Assembly (NCBI GenBank): GCA_043228905.1
Contig: JBHGNT010000470.1
Span: 1-23,634 of the forward strand
Source of the DNA: Azolla caroliniana
Taxonomy: Eukaryota; Plantae; Polypodiophyta
Direction of reading: 5' to 3'
Length of the DNA: 23,634 nucleotides
The notes below the pieces were generated by a model. The model had not been told where the DNA came from. It made no database searches and saw only the letters and a list, made by a program, of their open reading frames with translations. Shown piece after piece: positions 19,225-23,634 of the stretch. The position numbers were made by a program, and so were the translations under genes. How positions within the stretch are numbered: the stretch's first letter is position 1; the number at the start of each line of letters is the position of its first letter.

Positions 19225-20093
19225 ATAGTACATAAACCTTGTTCAAATTATTCTCGTGGTCTCTCTCTAATTTCTCGTAAGTGTTTACGAACAAGTGCGT
19301 CTCCCCAATCGCGCATTACACCCACACGAACGTAAACACGAGCACCAACGTCCCTCCAACACGAACGTAAACACGAGCACCAACGCATAGAATTTGCCTA
19401 TAGGGACCGCAAACCACCCAAACGGAAAAGAAAACATCAAAGCAGGACACCCATACCGCACACGCCACGGCAACGGCTAAGGCTAAGGTCAACTTGTACA
19501 CGCGGCGAATGTGAACTTGCTTCCACACTTGCCCGATAGGACACTCCTAGTGTGGTAGTCCGGTTAGCTTTCCTTGTCGTCGTCGTTACCAACCCCTCGT
19601 CCGTCCGAACGAGCGAGTACGGACACCGGTCTATCTACGTTCATCGATGTAGCACACTCGGGAGCCACCACTCGTCCCGCAGTAGCCTCCGCGTGCTTAG
19701 TGTCTCGGCACTAGCGCGTTCTAGTTTAATGTGCACGTGCCCGCACACCCCTACGCGCACGCGCGAGTGCGCACATTTACCTATGTATGTATAAATGTTA
19801 TGTTGCTCGACAAGCTCTCGCGCGAGGAGGAGGAGTACCCGCTACAGGTTGCGCCCAGATTGTCTGGTGACAATACGACACCTAGGACTAGCCTAGACGT
19901 GTGGGAGGGTGGACTAGTTGGTATGGGTCTTGGGCAAGAGTTGTACGCAGGACACACACGTTATGGTAATGGGAGTGGTGAGTGACATGCATGTGCTCTG
20001 ATTGCATGGCCATGTGTATATATTAAAGGTGGAGGGAGCAATGTCAATACAATCCATTAGGAGACAAGCACCGGGATCATAAGGACAATCGCA

Positions 20094-20879
20094 ATGGCAA
20101 AGCTTACTTCCGTATTCCTCATGGCCGTGATCATGCTCGCCGCGTGTACCGCGGCCAATGCTAGGTCTGTAGGGCGGGACCGTGAAGAGGAGCGACGCGA
20201 TCGACGTCGTGAGGGAGACATTGACGAGGAGAGGCGCGATCGACGCCGAGAGGGGGAGTGCGATGACGAGAGGCGCGAGCGACGTCGTGAGGGGTTCCTT
20301 GAGGAGGGGCGCCGCTACAGAGACAACAAGAGAGACTCCGAAGAGGAAAGGGAACGTCGTAGCCGTGGTCGCGATGAGCCACGTGACGAGGAACTGAGGC
20401 GAGAGTGCGGTGATTTCATCGACAAGCAGATCCGAGAGCTACAAGAGCGCTCCGAAAGAGAGGAAGGTGAACAAGGACGTCGCTCCCCATGGATCGAAAA
20501 CACTCGATACTCAAGACCCTCGGAACGGTGCTGCAGGAACGTCGAACGAATCCCCGCCGAAGATCGATGCGATCGCCTACGTGATGCCTTGTATGCTGAC
20601 GAGGAGGAACGACGCAATGATGAAGGCCGACGCCATGGCCAACAATCAAGGGAACACCGTAGCTGGGAGGAAGAGGACGAGGAGCGCGAGAGAGATAGCA
20701 GCCGTGAGCGACGAGAGGGTGACGAACGCCGCCACCGCATGTCTCGACGACAAGAGGACGAACGTCAACAACGTCGCCAATTCAAGGCCGATGACGAGGA
20801 AAGAGCTCTAGGCGTCGCCGCCTCCCGCCTACTCCAACAGTGCGATCTTCGCCCTCGTGCTTGTATTCGTCGCTTCTAA
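20094..20879 (+). CDS. 2S albumin-like storage protein precursor, copy 13 (261 aa)
   Basis: Translation identical to copy 3. Confidence 0.88.
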   Translation: MAKLTSVFLMAVIMLAACTAANARSVGRDREEERRDRRREGDIDEERRDRRREGECDDERRERRREGFLEEGRRYRDNKRDSEEERERRSRGRDEPRDEELRRECGDFIDKQIRELQERSEREEGEQGRRSPWIENTRYSRPSERCCRNVERIPAEDRCDRLRDALYADEEERRNDEGRRHGQQSREHRSWEEEDEERERDSSRERREGDERRHRMSRRQEDERQQRRQFKADDEERALGVAASRLLQQCDLRPRACIRRF

Positions 20880-21748
20880 ATAGTACATAAACCTTGTTCA
20901 AATTATTCTCGTGGTCTCTCTCTAATTTCTCGTAAGTGTTTACGAACAAGTGCGTCTCCCCAATCGCGCATTACACCCACACGAACGTAAACACGAGCAC
21001 CAACGTCCCTCCAACACGAACGTAAACACGAGCACCAACGCATAGAATTTGCCTATAGGGACCGCAAACCACCCAAACGGAAAAGAAAACATCAAAGCAG
21101 GACACCCATACCGCACACGCCACGGCAACGGCTAAGGCTAAGGTCAACTTGTACACGCGGCGAATGTGAACTTGCTTCCACACTTGCCCGATAGGACACT
21201 CCTAGTGTGGTAGTCCGGTTAGCTTTCCTTGTCGTCGTCGTTACCAACCCCTCGTCCGTCCGAACGAGCGAGTACGGACACCGGTCTATCTACGTTCATC
21301 GATGTAGCACACTCGGGAGCCACCACTCGTCCCGCAGTAGCCTCCGCGTGCTTAGTGTCTCGGCACTAGCGCGTTCTAGTTTAATGTGCACGTGCCCGCA
21401 CACCCCTACGCGCACGCGCGAGTGCGCACATTTACCTATGTATGTATAAATGTTATGTTGCTCGACAAGCTCTCGCGCGAGGAGGAGGAGTACCCGCTAC
21501 AGGTTGCGCCCAGATTGTCTGGTGACAATACGACACCTAGGACTAGCCTAGACGTGTGGGAGGGTGGACTAGTTGGTATGGGTCTTGGGCAAGAGTTGTA
21601 CGCAGGACACACACGTTATGGTAATGGGAGTGGTGAGTGACATGCATGTGCTCTGATTGCATGGCCATGTGTATATATTAAAGGTGGAGGGAGCAATGTC
21701 AATACAATCCATTAGGAGACAAGCACCGGGATCATAAGGACAATCGCA

Positions 21749-22534
21749 ATGGCAAAGCTTACTTCCGTATTCCTCATGGCCGTGATCATGCTCGCCGCGT
21801 GTACCGCGGCCAATGCTAGGTCTGTAGGGCGGGACCGTGAAGAGGAGCGACGCGATCGACGTCGTGAGGGAGACATTGACGAGGAGAGGCGCGATCGACG
21901 CCGAGAGGGGGAGTGCGATGACGAGAGGCGCGAGCGACGTCGTGAGGGGTTCCTTGAGGAGGGGCGCCGCTACAGAGACAACAAGAGAGACTCCGAAGAG
22001 GAAAGGGAACGTCGTAGCCGTGGTCGCGATGAGCCACGTGACGAGGAACTGAGGCGAGAGTGCGGTGATTTCATCGACAAGCAGATCCGAGAGCTACAAG
22101 AGCGCTCCGAAAGAGAGGAAGGTGAACAAGGACGTCGCTCCCCATGGATCGAAAACACTCGATACTCAAGACCCTCGGAACGGTGCTGCAGGAACGTCGA
22201 ACGAATCCCCGCCGAAGATCGATGCGATCGCCTACGTGATGCCTTGTATGCTGACGAGGAGGAACGACGCAATGATGAAGGCCGACGCCATGGCCAACAA
22301 TCAAGGGAACACCGTAGCTGGGAGGAAGAGGACGAGGAGCGCGAGAGAGATAGCAGCCGTGAGCGACGAGAGGGTGACGAACGCCGCCACCGCATGTCTC
22401 GACGACAAGAGGACGAACGTCAACAACGTCGCCAATTCAAGGCCGATGACGAGGAAAGAGCTCTAGGCGTCGCCGCCTCCCGCCTACTCCAACAGTGCGA
22501 TCTTCGCCCTCGTGCTTGTATTCGTCGCTTCTAA
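21749..22534 (+). CDS. 2S albumin-like storage protein precursor, copy 14 (261 aa)
   Basis: Translation identical to copy 3. Confidence 0.88.
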   Translation: MAKLTSVFLMAVIMLAACTAANARSVGRDREEERRDRRREGDIDEERRDRRREGECDDERRERRREGFLEEGRRYRDNKRDSEEERERRSRGRDEPRDEELRRECGDFIDKQIRELQERSEREEGEQGRRSPWIENTRYSRPSERCCRNVERIPAEDRCDRLRDALYADEEERRNDEGRRHGQQSREHRSWEEEDEERERDSSRERREGDERRHRMSRRQEDERQQRRQFKADDEERALGVAASRLLQQCDLRPRACIRRF

Positions 22535-23403
22535 ATAGTACATAAACCTTGTTCAAATTATTCTCGTGGTCTCTCTCTAATTTCTCGTAAGTGTTTACGA
22601 ACAAGTGCGTCTCCCCAATCGCGCATTACACCCACACGAACGTAAACACGAGCACCAACGTCCCTCCAACACGAACGTAAACACGAGCACCAACGCATAG
22701 AATTTGCCTATAGGGACCGCAAACCACCCAAACGGAAAAGAAAACATCAAAGCAGGACACCCATACCGCACACGCCACGGCAACGGCTAAGGCTAAGGTC
22801 AACTTGTACACGCGGCGAATGTGAACTTGCTTCCACACTTGCCCGATAGGACACTCCTAGTGTGGTAGTCCGGTTAGCTTTCCTTGTCGTCGTCGTTACC
22901 AACCCCTCGTCCGTCCGAACGAGCGAGTACGGACACCGGTCTATCTACGTTCATCGATGTAGCACACTCGGGAGCCACCACTCGTCCCGCAGTAGCCTCC
23001 GCGTGCTTAGTGTCTCGGCACTAGCGCGTTCTAGTTTAATGTGCACGTGCCCGCACACCCCTACGCGCACGCGCGAGTGCGCACATTTACCTATGTATGT
23101 ATAAATGTTATGTTGCTCGACAAGCTCTCGCGCGAGGAGGAGGAGTACCCGCTACAGGTTGCGCCCAGATTGTCTGGTGACAATACGACACCTAGGACTA
23201 GCCTAGACGTGTGGGAGGGTGGACTAGTTGGTATGGGTCTTGGGCAAGAGTTGTACGCAGGACACACACGTTATGGTAATGGGAGTGGTGAGTGACATGC
23301 ATGTGCTCTGATTGCATGGCCATGTGTATATATTAAAGGTGGAGGGAGCAATGTCAATACAATCCATTAGGAGACAAGCACCGGGATCATAAGGACAATC
23401 GCA

Positions 23404-23634
23404 ATGGCAAAGCTTACTTCCGTATTCCTCATGGCCGTGATCATGCTCGCCGCGTGTACCGCGGCCAATGCTAGGTCTGTAGGGCGGGACCGTGAAGAGG
23501 AGCGACGCGATCGACGTCGTGAGGGAGACATTGACGAGGAGAGGCGCGATCGACGCCGAGAGGGGGAGTGCGATGACGAGAGGCGCGAGCGACGTCGTGA
23601 GGGGTTCCTTGAGGAGGGGCGCCGCTACAGAGAC
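23404..23634 (+). CDS. 2S albumin-like storage protein precursor, copy 15 (5' part, cut by the window end)
   Basis: ATG at 23404, exactly 1655 bp after copy 14. The open frame matches residues 1-77 of copy 3 up to the window end. Confidence 0.85.
   Translation, partial: MAKLTSVFLMAVIMLAACTAANARSVGRDREEERRDRRREGDIDEERRDRRREGECDDERRERRREGFLEEGRRYRD

Larger units (their letters stand above)
1..23634 (+). repeat. Head-to-tail tandem gene array, unit ~1,655 bp (~14.3 units in window, both ends truncated)
   Basis: ATGs recur at 288, 1929, 3569, 5224, 6879, 8534, 10189, 11844, 13499, 15154, 16809, 18439, 20094, 21749 and 23404. Spacing is 1655 except 1641 and 1640 (15-bp deletion copies) and 1630 (25-bp deletion copy). 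CDS and spacer read identically by eye apart from the listed variants, and the ORF track repeats exactly. Confidence 0.99.

Noticed and set aside
1-23634. Array as a pure rolling-circle concatemer of one circle, plasmid or virus
   Set aside because: No Rep, capsid, RT or transposase is encoded, and distinct variants occur in adjacent pairs of units. Inflation of the copy number by the assembler is still possible.

Overview
The whole window is a head-to-tail tandem array of a ~1,655-bp unit (14 full-length gene copies plus a truncated 15th). The array runs off both ends and the copies are almost perfectly identical. Each unit holds one intronless + strand gene for a secreted 261-aa protein with a signal peptide, about 26% Arg and about 54% Arg+Glu+Asp by hand count. 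Its cysteine skeleton (C...CC-X9-D-X-C...C-X6-C, 'RPSERCC', 'AASRLLQQCDLRPRAC') identifies it as a land-plant 2S albumin / prolamin-superfamily storage protein, most reminiscent of Arg/Glu-rich gymnosperm and fern types. It is atypical: enlarged by charged repeats, apparently missing the C1-C5 disulfide, and carrying an orphan Cys. Every copy has its own compact maturation-type promoter (RY CATGCATG, ACGT/G-box cores, TATA). Twelve copies are intact, copies 1 and 11 are frameshifted, and copies 1-2 share a 15-bp in-frame deletion. One spacer contains a library adapter (SMART / PacBio ultra-low-input primer, 11027-11051), so copy number and single-copy variants need read-level checking. The main candidate system is an rDNA-like, homogenised amplification of a nitrogen-rich storage-protein gene.
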